Shown one piece after another: positions 36,239 through 46,295 of a stretch of 64,000 bases of DNA; the stretch's first letter is position 1; every line of letters begins with the position of its first letter. This stretch comes from a virus: IMG/VR virus record IMGVR_UViG_3300037584_005429, positions 1 through 64,000 of that record. One strand, written 5' to 3'. The notes below the pieces were generated by a model. The model was not told the DNA's origin. It was given only the letters and a program-made list of their open reading frames with translations, and did no database searches. The position numbers were made by a program, and so were the translations under genes.

Positions 36239-38667
36239 TAAAAATCAATAGTTATTGTAAATTGTTGAGTCCCCGTTCTTGTAATAGGTGACTGCAATTT
36301 AGCAATAGCCATTAAATCTGGATTCCCATTTTCATTATCAAATAAACCAATTTCCGTTATTCTAGCGTTTGCTGCTGGTAAACTAGGATTTGCTGCATTA
36401 TAATCTACCCAAGTAGGATTGGTTGATTGTGTGTACTGATTATTACCTAACTGTACTACGTGTTTCATTTCATATATTGTTGCCATTATATCAGTAGCTA
36501 AACTACCGTAGAAGAAATATTCATCACCAAATTGTAAGTGTGTTGGTTGTGTCGAACTAGGAATATTTATAAAATTATCTAAGTTATATGAAGTCATCGC
36601 TGACCAAAAAGGACAAGTTGCTGTACTACCTGCAGTGTAATCTTCAGTTATATAAAACGTGTGACCTACTAGTTGTGAAGCAGAAATTTTATCACCTACA
36701 GTATGGTTTGTTAATTGTGCTGTCACATCTCTGTAATACCAATTTGCTGGGTTTAGTGTGTTACCATTAGGAACTAATTGTGTTAGTATATATACTTCTG
36801 TCGCTGTAAACCCGGTACCCAACTCATCAGTAATTAAATAAGGAAATTCTCTACCTAATGTAAAAGCTACATCAAAAGCATTTTCTCCTGGTTCTTTTGT
36901 TTCTTTAACATAGTAATTACAATGTAATCCTGTCGTCATACCTGTATTAATCAACATATAAGTTATATAAAGAGTATCCCCATCAAATTGTACGGCACCA
37001 TTAGTACATCCTGTAGTACACATAGTACCAGCTGGAAATTTTTCTGTTTTAGGAGCTGGTAGTGTCCAACTTCTATTAGATTTATACGACATTGCTGCTA
37101 ATAATTCTTCATCATCAATTACAACCATTTTATAATCCGGGAATACTTTACCAACTCTATTAGGTCTAGTTGTACCACTACCAGAATTATCGTCCCATAA
37201 ATGATAATACCTTAATCCATCATCATTCATGTTATTGTTTAAGTTGGATTGCATTAGATGTGGTTGTGCACCAACAGGAAAAACGTTGAATCCGGCTGGG
37301 TCAACATAAAAAGTTTGACCGTATACCGTTTCATCACCCATACCAGTACCAACACCTGAACCCGTAGTACTTGTTTTTTTATGCCACATTAACCAAGGTA
37401 AATGCATTTCAAAATTACGTGCTTCACCTATTGTGGTTGCTGGATTATATCCTTGAGCTTCTAAAGCAAATTTCTCACCATAAAAATCTGTTGTATTTAA
37501 ATTTGTATAATGTATAAATCCAGCACATTTTTGTTCTGATGGTTTAACACCTCTTACATTACTAAAAGAATCATAATACCAAGTACCACAAAACATATCT
37601 TGATAATCGTCATATGCTGTATCACTAAATGTTTGTCCATTGTCACTTTCTAAACCAAAATACTCTTTAGAACCTGAATACCCACTAGAACCATACTCAT
37701 TAACCCCTTCATAAATGCTAGTATCTACACCAGCTACAGTGTGTGTCCAATTAATATTCATATTCCATATTTGTGCATCAAATTGTGAAACATCACAACA
37801 ACTATTAAAAGATAGTGTATCGTCACACCAATATGTTGATGTATTAGCTGTAACATATATACTATCAGTTGTCATAGGGTCAGCTGATAGGCCAGGATAA
37901 ACCCTTACCCTAGCAAAAGTTTCAGCGGAGTATGATTGAAATGCTAAATTTGCACTGTTATTAAAATCAGCTATATCTCTATCTACCGTTAGTGTTATAG
38001 TAGTACTTTGTTGGTCGGCTGCTACACCTCCATTATCTAAAACTTGGTAAAACAGTGTAGGTGAGGGTGCGTCACAGTTTAACTCAAAACAGCTTGTACC
38101 ACCCGATAGTTGGTAGGTTACAGAAATTAAATCTCCTGGTTGTGGGGTATAATCTATACCATTAGAAGAATAGCACTCGTTAGGAAAAAGACTTGTTGTA
38201 CCAGCACTTAAAATTTGCATGGTTGCTCCTCCTGTCATAGCTGAGGTTGGTATTACCCAATTTGAATTTAGTACGTACTCGAATCCTACCTCCGCACCAA
38301 AGTTACATCCTGTTCCACTAAAAAATCCTCTTTGAGCTGCTGTATTATAAACCTCTTCAAATCCTGGTTGTGGTATTGTTGGGCCAAACGTATCACCACT
38401 AGCTATACCATCCTGTAATGGATATTTAACATGTCCTTTATTTTTCGCTGGAAAACCTAAAAGATTTTGTGCGTTATGTTCAGCTTGTAAAATATGTGTG
38501 CCCCTAGCAAATGGTAATGAATTTGTATAACAGTCATAACAAAATTCACTGTCTCCGATTTGGAATAACCCTATATTTAATTTACCTTCTGATAATTTTT
38601 TTCTACCAGCGTCTGTTAGTCTAGCTACGATAGCTCCTTGTGTACTGTTTTTAACTATATAACTCAT
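36238..38667 (-). CDS. Tail/baseplate structural protein (DUF3751-like N- and C-termini)
   Basis: ARLTDAGRKKLSEG..FQIGDSE; ITEIGLFD..LMAIAKLQSPITR..ITIDF; GTATTTAT at 38685-38692. Confidence 0.65.
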   Translation of the reverse strand: MSYIVKNSTQGAIVARLTDAGRKKLSEGKLNIGLFQIGDSEFCYDCYTNSLPFARGTHILQAEHNAQNLLGFPAKNKGHVKYPLQDGIASGDTFGPTIPQPGFEEVYNTAAQRGFFSGTGCNFGAEVGFEYVLNSNWVIPTSAMTGGATMQILSAGTTSLFPNECYSSNGIDYTPQPGDLISVTYQLSGGTSCFELNCDAPSPTLFYQVLDNGGVAADQQSTTITLTVDRDIADFNNSANLAFQSYSAETFARVRVYPGLSADPMTTDSIYVTANTSTYWCDDTLSFNSCCDVSQFDAQIWNMNINWTHTVAGVDTSIYEGVNEYGSSGYSGSKEYFGLESDNGQTFSDTAYDDYQDMFCGTWYYDSFSNVRGVKPSEQKCAGFIHYTNLNTTDFYGEKFALEAQGYNPATTIGEARNFEMHLPWLMWHKKTSTTGSGVGTGMGDETVYGQTFYVDPAGFNVFPVGAQPHLMQSNLNNNMNDDGLRYYHLWDDNSGSGTTRPNRVGKVFPDYKMVVIDDEELLAAMSYKSNRSWTLPAPKTEKFPAGTMCTTGCTNGAVQFDGDTLYITYMLINTGMTTGLHCNYYVKETKEPGENAFDVAFTLGREFPYLITDELGTGFTATEVYILTQLVPNGNTLNPANWYYRDVTAQLTNHTVGDKISASQLVGHTFYITEDYTAGSTATCPFWSAMTSYNLDNFINIPSSTQPTHLQFGDEYFFYGSLATDIMATIYEMKHVVQLGNNQYTQSTNPTWVDYNAANPSLPAANARITEIGLFDNENGNPDLMAIAKLQSPITRTGTQQFTITIDF

Positions 38668-38722
38668 AATTTTTCTCTTTAATCATAAATACCTTTTATT
38701 TTAATTTGTTCATTTTACTACT

Positions 38723-41700
38723 TTAATATCCACCGCCGCCTCCACCATCTGAAGAAATAGTTCCACTAATTAAACTACGATTTATCCCTGTTGAAGTATT
38801 ATTTCTATTTGGTGAATAGAATACATTTCTATCTATGACAAAATTTATCATGTCAGTTTGTGACTCAGTTGTAATTGTTTGCCCACCTAATAGTGGGTAG
38901 TATCTTCTTATTATAATATAATAATAATAACTATCTACATTAGGTGGTAGTAATGTAAATTCTTTAAATATATTACCTGTAATATCAACATCAATTACCT
39001 CAATAAGTTCTTGAACTAAGTTACCGGTGGAGTCAAAAAGTTTAACTATTATTTCTTCCTTTAAATTGTTATCTTTTGTATAAGTAACAGGTAATATTGG
39101 ATTTTTATTTATTGGTGATGATATTACTTGATAGATTGTTTTATAAAATAGAACAATTGTGTCCCCGCTACTATATGTCGATGTTTCGTGTAATAGTTGT
39201 ATCTTATTATCACTAAATTTAACATAATCCTTTTCGTCATATTGTAAAACACCATTTATAGCTACTGTAATTGCACCTATAGATTGTCTATCTAAATTAA
39301 TGTAATAATATTCATTTTCTTCATATATTTTTTCTGTTGTATCTGTACTAACCGTTTCTGGTATTGTAACAAATTGTGAAAAGACACCACCGTTAGTGTC
39401 ATATAAAAACTGTAAATCATCACCGTTTTGTACCGTTTCTGGGTGAAATATAACACTTCTAGTATTTTCATAAAAATAATAGTCACCATAATCAATTTGG
39501 CCTGGGTCCCCGAGATTATAACCATCTGGTATAGTAGTACCACTTCTACCTTCTTTTAAAATTACACCATTAACACTAACTAATGGTCTACTAGCTGGTT
39601 TTTGTTGTAAATTATAATAGAATGTTGATGAACTGTATGTACTAGCCGAAGTTTCTGGTAAATCACCTGAACCACTAATTAATTTGTAAGTTTCAATTCT
39701 TAATGTTGGTGGTCTGCTATCAACAGGTACATTAAAACTATCTAAAAATAATTGTGGTGTTGGTGGATTTTTTACTAAAACCATATAAAAATCACTACCA
39801 GCATCTATGTCGGTATCCGTTGGATACTCTGCTGTATCTACCCACGTATCAGTTGTTGACTTTTTATCTTTATATAAATAACTAGGTCTAATAATAAACT
39901 CCCATGAACTATCTGTGGATAAACCTGAGAAAGGCATAAAGGTTTCAGCACTAAATACTATAGATTTAACGTCACTATCCATATAAGCTGGCATCGTATC
40001 AAATATAGCTTCATAGTCCGCTAATGGGGCAACTTGTTCTGTTTCAAATATATATGGATACACCCTAAATTTAGGATACATATTTTCAAAAATCATATCT
40101 TGATTGTTACCACCAAAATAAAATTGTATATTTTTACCTTTATCATTTTCTAAATTATAAACTTCTAAAGCTGGTCTTCCACCTATTTCTGTAGATATTG
40201 TGGTTGTTGGTCTACTTAATCCATTAATTGTTAATGAAGGATTAGGCATAGTTTGTAAAGATACATTAACTGTTGGTCTAACCTGTGGTACTCCTTTTTG
40301 GGTGGTATTGTATTTAGGCCTACATTTTGTATTATTTATGTTTACTGTAGTTGCTGTTGAAGCTGTGATTCCCACAGTAGTAGTTGGTCCATTATCTACA
40401 CCACATATAGGTCCTTCCATATATTCATTAAATGAATTACCTGTAAATTGCATGTGATAAAATCTTGCATCGTCTTGGGAACTACTCCAAAAACCAATTT
40501 TTCTTGAACCTAGGAATTTACATAGTCCATAATTATCTGTCCATTCTGGTGCAGAGTCATTATTACCTACCCATGTAGTTTTATCTAATAAGTTAAAATC
40601 TATAGTATAATCTGAATTAAATGGATTTGCGTCACCATTACCTTTTGTAATAGCACCCCCAGATACATTTGCCATTGTATCGGTAAATTCTACTCTAAAA
40701 AATTGGCCGTAATCACCGTACCTATTACACCTTACTCTAGTAGCTCCCATAGAACTCCAATTTGTTCCACTAGTAAATGGTGTTTTAGCACCTGTATTAC
40801 TGATAATTGTTGTGATACCAAAATCTGGTGCTGATGAAGGACATCCTCCATTACAATTTCTAAATTTAGGGGTTTTATACTTACTCCAAGCGTAAGCGTC
40901 TTGTCCATAGTTGTAGACAACATTTATTCTGTCACTACCTGCTGTCATTACAACGTCTATAGTATATGTAACACCAGTAGGTCCATATTTACCCCTATCA
41001 TCTCTAAATGACGCTATTGTAAACGCTATTGTGTCATCATCTCCAGCACCTGACCTAAAAGTAAATTCCCAATTATAGTTATAATAAGAACATAAACTTT
41101 GTTTACCTGCAGGAGCACTATTATTACCACTAGTAGTATATAGTTGGGATGAACCTCCTTCTAAAACTATTCCAGTTGCAACAGCAACGGTACCTCCTGA
41201 ATTAACTGAAAAATCGTTAGATGTGACATCTTCAATAGTTACACCATATGTAATACCTGTTAAACCACTCACAGCTACCGGACTCCCAAATATACCATAA
41301 TCATCTCTAGGGTCTAATGTTCTCCAGGCATATCCTGCTCCTTGTGCTGGCCACCAGTATAGATATTTTTCAATTACTGTATTATAATAAAATTTACCTA
41401 TATTAGCTGCACTTGATGCTAAAGTAACTGGACCTAAATTACCACCTTCTGTCATATCAATAGCTGCTTCACCTAAATACCAATCAGCACTTGTATCAGT
41501 TAATCTACTTGCTGTTGTTCCCGTATAAAACCAAACATATGGGTTACTACTATAAACTTTACCATCTTTAGCTAAACCAGTATCATAATATTCTGTAGCA
41601 CTACCACCACCATTTGGTCCCCATCCAGCAAGAAATCCTTGGTCATAGGGAGCGTTAGGTACGTATGGTACCCAAGATATTGTTGTTGAGGATAGTGTAT

Positions 41701-42301
41701 TTAAATTCCAACCGGCCGTACTCATTCCATTATTACCGTCATTATAATTATATGGAGTACATCCACTGTTGTCTGGTGCAAGATTTGTATTCATAGGTCT
41801 ATCTTCAATAACACTAACTGTATATACACCATTAGTGATAGAAGAAAATGTATGTGTCGTATCTGCTGTTGTACCATAATGCGTGTCCACAACTCTACCA
41901 TTTTTAACTAATTCGTATCTAAAACTTGACGTTGTTGTGGTAGAATCTATAACACTTATTTGACCTAATTTATTAGTGTTTAAAACACAGTCATCATTTG
42001 ATAGATTTGCTTCAATAACTGGGACTGTAAATCCACTTATTTGTAGTTCTGTACTACCTGTATTACCTATAGAATCTGTTATGGTTGCCTTATACCAACC
42101 TTCACAAAGATTTATAATATCAAAAGTATCAGCAGTATAACTACCACTACTACCTGACCAACTAACACTATATGGTGGTATAACACTTGTATTACCAGAA
42201 ACGTCAACAGACCATATTTGTCCATTACATTTACTACTTAATGTGTGTTCCACATTATAGTTAATTAACATTATGTCTCCGTTTGATGTTGCTATTGCCA
42301 T
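38723..42301 (-). CDS. Large beta-rich virion protein (SprB/Ig-like N-terminal repeats; tail/baseplate)
   Basis: CNGQI..VSG..PPYSVSWS..NLCEGWYKATITDS (SprB-like); VSVNGVIL and VAINGVLQ..DY baseplate-type repeats; ends GGGGGY. Confidence 0.6.
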   Translation of the reverse strand: MAIATSNGDIMLINYNVEHTLSSKCNGQIWSVDVSGNTSVIPPYSVSWSGSSGSYTADTFDIINLCEGWYKATITDSIGNTGSTELQISGFTVPVIEANLSNDDCVLNTNKLGQISVIDSTTTTSSFRYELVKNGRVVDTHYGTTADTTHTFSSITNGVYTVSVIEDRPMNTNLAPDNSGCTPYNYNDGNNGMSTAGWNLNTLSSTTISWVPYVPNAPYDQGFLAGWGPNGGGSATEYYDTGLAKDGKVYSSNPYVWFYTGTTASRLTDTSADWYLGEAAIDMTEGGNLGPVTLASSAANIGKFYYNTVIEKYLYWWPAQGAGYAWRTLDPRDDYGIFGSPVAVSGLTGITYGVTIEDVTSNDFSVNSGGTVAVATGIVLEGGSSQLYTTSGNNSAPAGKQSLCSYYNYNWEFTFRSGAGDDDTIAFTIASFRDDRGKYGPTGVTYTIDVVMTAGSDRINVVYNYGQDAYAWSKYKTPKFRNCNGGCPSSAPDFGITTIISNTGAKTPFTSGTNWSSMGATRVRCNRYGDYGQFFRVEFTDTMANVSGGAITKGNGDANPFNSDYTIDFNLLDKTTWVGNNDSAPEWTDNYGLCKFLGSRKIGFWSSSQDDARFYHMQFTGNSFNEYMEGPICGVDNGPTTTVGITASTATTVNINNTKCRPKYNTTQKGVPQVRPTVNVSLQTMPNPSLTINGLSRPTTTISTEIGGRPALEVYNLENDKGKNIQFYFGGNNQDMIFENMYPKFRVYPYIFETEQVAPLADYEAIFDTMPAYMDSDVKSIVFSAETFMPFSGLSTDSSWEFIIRPSYLYKDKKSTTDTWVDTAEYPTDTDIDAGSDFYMVLVKNPPTPQLFLDSFNVPVDSRPPTLRIETYKLISGSGDLPETSASTYSSSTFYYNLQQKPASRPLVSVNGVILKEGRSGTTIPDGYNLGDPGQIDYGDYYFYENTRSVIFHPETVQNGDDLQFLYDTNGGVFSQFVTIPETVSTDTTEKIYEENEYYYINLDRQSIGAITVAINGVLQYDEKDYVKFSDNKIQLLHETSTYSSGDTIVLFYKTIYQVISSPINKNPILPVTYTKDNNLKEEIIVKLFDSTGNLVQELIEVIDVDITGNIFKEFTLLPPNVDSYYYYIIIRRYYPLLGGQTITTESQTDMINFVIDRNVFYSPNRNNTSTGINRSLISGTISSDGGGGGGY

Positions 42302-42315
42302 TACTATTTTTTATT

Positions 42316-45300
42316 TTATCCTTTACAAGGTTCTTTTTCACTTATGCATTTACCCACACTTTCACACCAATAATAACCAGGTTTACACAAACCTGAATCC
42401 TTACTACTAGGAGATTCTAACTTACTAATTTTATCATAATCCTCTACATATACATCATCGGATAAATCTCTTCCTGGTTCATCCTCTGGGTCTGATTTTG
42501 GTGGTTTAACTGGTCCACCACCTTCATTAATTACTGCTGGGGTACAAAGTTTTACACATTCTTCAAATGAGGTAAATCTTCCATTTGGGTCTTCAAAACA
42601 TAAACCATCTTTACAACTATATCTTATAGTTTGTATACCCTCATCACCTGTGTAATAAATACCACCACCAGGATTTGTAAATATGTTAATGTTTACATTA
42701 TCTTCTAATTCATCTGGATTTCTTGGTCTACCACCAGGTCTGCCTTTTGGTTCTATACCTCCTCTATCTTCTCCTTCTACATACGGTGGTTTTTTAGGTT
42801 CTGGACCACCTGGTCCTACCGGTTTACCACCACCAGAAGATACTTCTTCACCACCATAAAGTGTATTGGTTGCAGGTGTACTTAAAATTTCTGGTCTTAA
42901 ATTATTTATAACTTGTCCTATATAAACGTTGTCTACTGCACAATCACCAACTAAGTGAGCTCTACAATTATTATTCAGAGAAAAACAATATTCTTGTGCA
43001 TTTTTTAAACAATCATTACATTCTTTAGTTTCTAAATCGTGAAATATATTTGTTATACCGTATATTGGGTCTAAGTCTAAACTACGCGAAAGTTCTTGTC
43101 CACAATGACAATAATATTTACATTTAGTACTATTAGAAACCACTTCTGGTTCTGGGTTGTAATGTGAAAAAGCGGAAACAATATTAACTTCTTTTCCTTT
43201 TATATTTAACTTTTTATTTAAATTAACTACTCTCCAATCTGCTGGCGTAGTTTTATGTATAATATCATAAGTACTAGCTACTTTTGTTCCAGAACAAGGT
43301 TTGTGGAAACCACAATCTGGAGTAACAACTATATAATGTAACAAAGTATTACCATAATAATTTTTAAAATTATTAACTATAATATATGATTGTGATAGTT
43401 GTGGAAAATTAAAATCACATTTTGCTCCATATTCATGACTATTATATGTAGGTATATAGAAACAAAATATTCCATTTTCTTTCATTTGTGTCATACTAGA
43501 TTTAGACTTATCACTTAAAACATAATCTTTGATTGTATTGTCTTCAATCATTAATTGCCAATTATTAGATGGTTTTTCTGTGGTTATGTTCCAAACTAAT
43601 TTATTGTCTGGTGCATTACTATCTACAAAATTTAAACTACCAAAAGTATTTGTACTAACAAAAGGTATTTGTATATTACCACATTCGCTATCTGATAGAT
43701 ATAAACTACCATCTAGTTCTATAGTTTTTGTTATATCACCTACCTTATAATCAAACGGTAAAGATTTTTTAGTTGGGTCGAAGAATAATTTTTTACTAAC
43801 GACACCATTTGATGCTTTAATACCTCTGTAGTATGGTGATTCAAGAGTGTTACCACTCATATCTAATCTATGTCCAAAATTTATATCTATTGCTGTCGCA
43901 CCACCAGTTAAGTAATAAAATCCACCTTTAGAAGTTGTGTTCCAAGCTGTTTCATATTTTAATTGTATAGTTTGTCCACTTATTAAATTTATTAAACCAG
44001 TATCTAATGTAACAGGTATTTGTTTATGGAATATTGTGGATGATGTCATAGAACTTAATACACAACTATTTGTACCACTAGTTGTCATATCATTTTTGTC
44101 AACATCTAATGTTAGATATGCATTTGCAAAACCGTCTGTTTGTCTACTTCTAACAACCTTAAATTGTGTTAATGTTGTACCTGTACCACCTGTAGAGGAA
44201 CCACGTACTAATGAAGCTGTAAAGTTAAAGTTTAAAATACCTGTATTAGCCGGTGCATCACCACAAATATATTTTTCTCTACCTGATTTACAATCTCTAT
44301 ATTTTTCACCAGCATTAAATTTAAAATCTGTATCGGTAGCCACTACTTCTTTTTCACCGTCACCCGCTTGAATTATTGAGGTATTTATAAGTCTTTTTAT
44401 TTCGTAATCGTTGCTTGGATAGTTTCCTGTAAAACCTGAAGGATATGCCTTTTCAAGATATTCACACCATTGGCTATCGGTATATTTTATATTTAAATAA
44501 CCTTTATATGTAAACCTATAAACACCACTAGTTATCGCTGAATAAGTTAAATAATTATCCGCATCTGTTTCATTAAAAATTAATGTACCATTATTCCTAC
44601 CATAAGCCTCACTAAATGTATATGGTCTATATTCTAGAGTAGTATCACCGATTAGTTTCATTTTTGTTTGTCTCTCTATATTACTAATAGGTACTATCGT
44701 ATTAGCTGAAAAAGAAGCTCCACTTAAATGTAGGTCATAGGTTTTATTAGTTATATTAGGGTCATCGGTCGTAGCTGTAAATCCGGTGTATAATTCTGTT
44801 TCATCTTTTTTATCGTATGTTGTAAAACAAAAATCTGTTACAGTGTTAGCACTAATAGGTGCTATAGTATACAGAGCTGTGAGAAGGTCATGTGCTTTAG
44901 GACTATGTTTTGCTCCAACCATTGCACCTTTTTCTGGGTGTACATGGTAGAAACCTACATATTCTTCTCCGTTTGGTAGTAGGTATTCATTACCTGATGT
45001 ATATAATCCTTCTTCCGAACCTATTTTTGTGGGGCCTACAATACATTCTTTACTAGGACAAATAGTTATTGTGTTAATATCACCATCGACAGTATATGTA
45101 AACCTTACATCTGTAAATGTATTTAAAGAACTTCTATTAACCCATTGAGAAATTCTAGAGTATGTTCTAGGAATATTTTGTACTTGTCCTTGACTGTTAA
45201 TTGTGGGATAAGTTTCAACACTACCTATTTGTTGGTTTTTTAATTTTTCACTGAATGCTTTTAGTTGTGTTTTTGTTGCAAATTTTAATGAGTAGCATTT

Positions 45301-46284
45301 ATCAGCATCTACAAAAAGTTCATTATTCTGTAATTCTTGTGCCCAGTTTAGTGGAAAAACGTATTTACCATTTTTAAATACTTTTCTACTTTCTTTAATT
45401 TCATTATTTTCTACAAACCTAGAAACATTATATGGTATTTCTATTAAATTATTACTAGGTAAATTTACATCTTCCAAATTAACGTTAGGTGTTAATGGAT
45501 TTTCTACGGCGTAAACCCTACTACTAATTAAATCTAATGTTTCAGGTAGACAATTTTGTGGTGTTAATTGTTTCTTGTAATCATATATTAATTCTCTATC
45601 AGCTAAGTCTTTTGGGTGTAGGGTTAGGTAAGTTGTTTCTAATTTTATTTCCTGTGGTGGTGTGGTAATTTGTTTTACTGGTTCTATACTTATTATGTCA
45701 CCTTTTATTATTTTATCCTCATCTAAATTAACTTTAAAATCTAGTGAATGTACATATTGTCCACAATTCTCTATGAACATATCCATATCAAAAGAAAGGT
45801 TATGTATTGTATTTTTTCTAAATGCAATACCTGGAATTATCATTTGTAATGCATGAGCCTTACCACCTACAATTTTACCAAATGATTTAATACCCCCACT
45901 ATTTGGGTTTGTACTAAAATAGTTTCTGTGGCTTAGGAAAGCTCCTGCCATCCCTCCTTGTATTTTTTCAAACCCAAAATTACCTTTAGAATTTCTAAAA
46001 ACTTCTAGTATTATAGGTGTTCTTTTTAAACCTATAAATTTATTTATATTATAGAATTTTAATAATTTTTCATCAAAGTATAAAAATACTCTTTGTGTAC
46101 CATTTTTAACTTCTACTATAACATCTACTGGGTAATCAGTATTATAAATAAAATGAAAAGATGCTCTTTTGTTAATAATTTCAGAGGGCACTCTACTATT
46201 AACGTTTCCAGACATGAAAAAAACAAATTTTATTTCATCACCTAAAACCCTTAAATCTACTTTTGTTCTATATACTTTTTCCAC
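42316..46284 (-). CDS. Large mosaic virion protein with Cys-rich C-terminus
   Basis: YVGFYHVH..GAMVGAKH module; Pro/Gly linker; YSCKDGLC..FTSFEECVKLC repeat. Confidence 0.55.
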   Translation of the reverse strand: MEKVYRTKVDLRVLGDEIKFVFFMSGNVNSRVPSEIINKRASFHFIYNTDYPVDVIVEVKNGTQRVFLYFDEKLLKFYNINKFIGLKRTPIILEVFRNSKGNFGFEKIQGGMAGAFLSHRNYFSTNPNSGGIKSFGKIVGGKAHALQMIIPGIAFRKNTIHNLSFDMDMFIENCGQYVHSLDFKVNLDEDKIIKGDIISIEPVKQITTPPQEIKLETTYLTLHPKDLADRELIYDYKKQLTPQNCLPETLDLISSRVYAVENPLTPNVNLEDVNLPSNNLIEIPYNVSRFVENNEIKESRKVFKNGKYVFPLNWAQELQNNELFVDADKCYSLKFATKTQLKAFSEKLKNQQIGSVETYPTINSQGQVQNIPRTYSRISQWVNRSSLNTFTDVRFTYTVDGDINTITICPSKECIVGPTKIGSEEGLYTSGNEYLLPNGEEYVGFYHVHPEKGAMVGAKHSPKAHDLLTALYTIAPISANTVTDFCFTTYDKKDETELYTGFTATTDDPNITNKTYDLHLSGASFSANTIVPISNIERQTKMKLIGDTTLEYRPYTFSEAYGRNNGTLIFNETDADNYLTYSAITSGVYRFTYKGYLNIKYTDSQWCEYLEKAYPSGFTGNYPSNDYEIKRLINTSIIQAGDGEKEVVATDTDFKFNAGEKYRDCKSGREKYICGDAPANTGILNFNFTASLVRGSSTGGTGTTLTQFKVVRSRQTDGFANAYLTLDVDKNDMTTSGTNSCVLSSMTSSTIFHKQIPVTLDTGLINLISGQTIQLKYETAWNTTSKGGFYYLTGGATAIDINFGHRLDMSGNTLESPYYRGIKASNGVVSKKLFFDPTKKSLPFDYKVGDITKTIELDGSLYLSDSECGNIQIPFVSTNTFGSLNFVDSNAPDNKLVWNITTEKPSNNWQLMIEDNTIKDYVLSDKSKSSMTQMKENGIFCFYIPTYNSHEYGAKCDFNFPQLSQSYIIVNNFKNYYGNTLLHYIVVTPDCGFHKPCSGTKVASTYDIIHKTTPADWRVVNLNKKLNIKGKEVNIVSAFSHYNPEPEVVSNSTKCKYYCHCGQELSRSLDLDPIYGITNIFHDLETKECNDCLKNAQEYCFSLNNNCRAHLVGDCAVDNVYIGQVINNLRPEILSTPATNTLYGGEEVSSGGGKPVGPGGPEPKKPPYVEGEDRGGIEPKGRPGGRPRNPDELEDNVNINIFTNPGGGIYYTGDEGIQTIRYSCKDGLCFEDPNGRFTSFEECVKLCTPAVINEGGGPVKPPKSDPEDEPGRDLSDDVYVEDYDKISKLESPSSKDSGLCKPGYYWCESVGKCISEKEPCKG

Positions 46285-46295
46285 TATATTATTAT

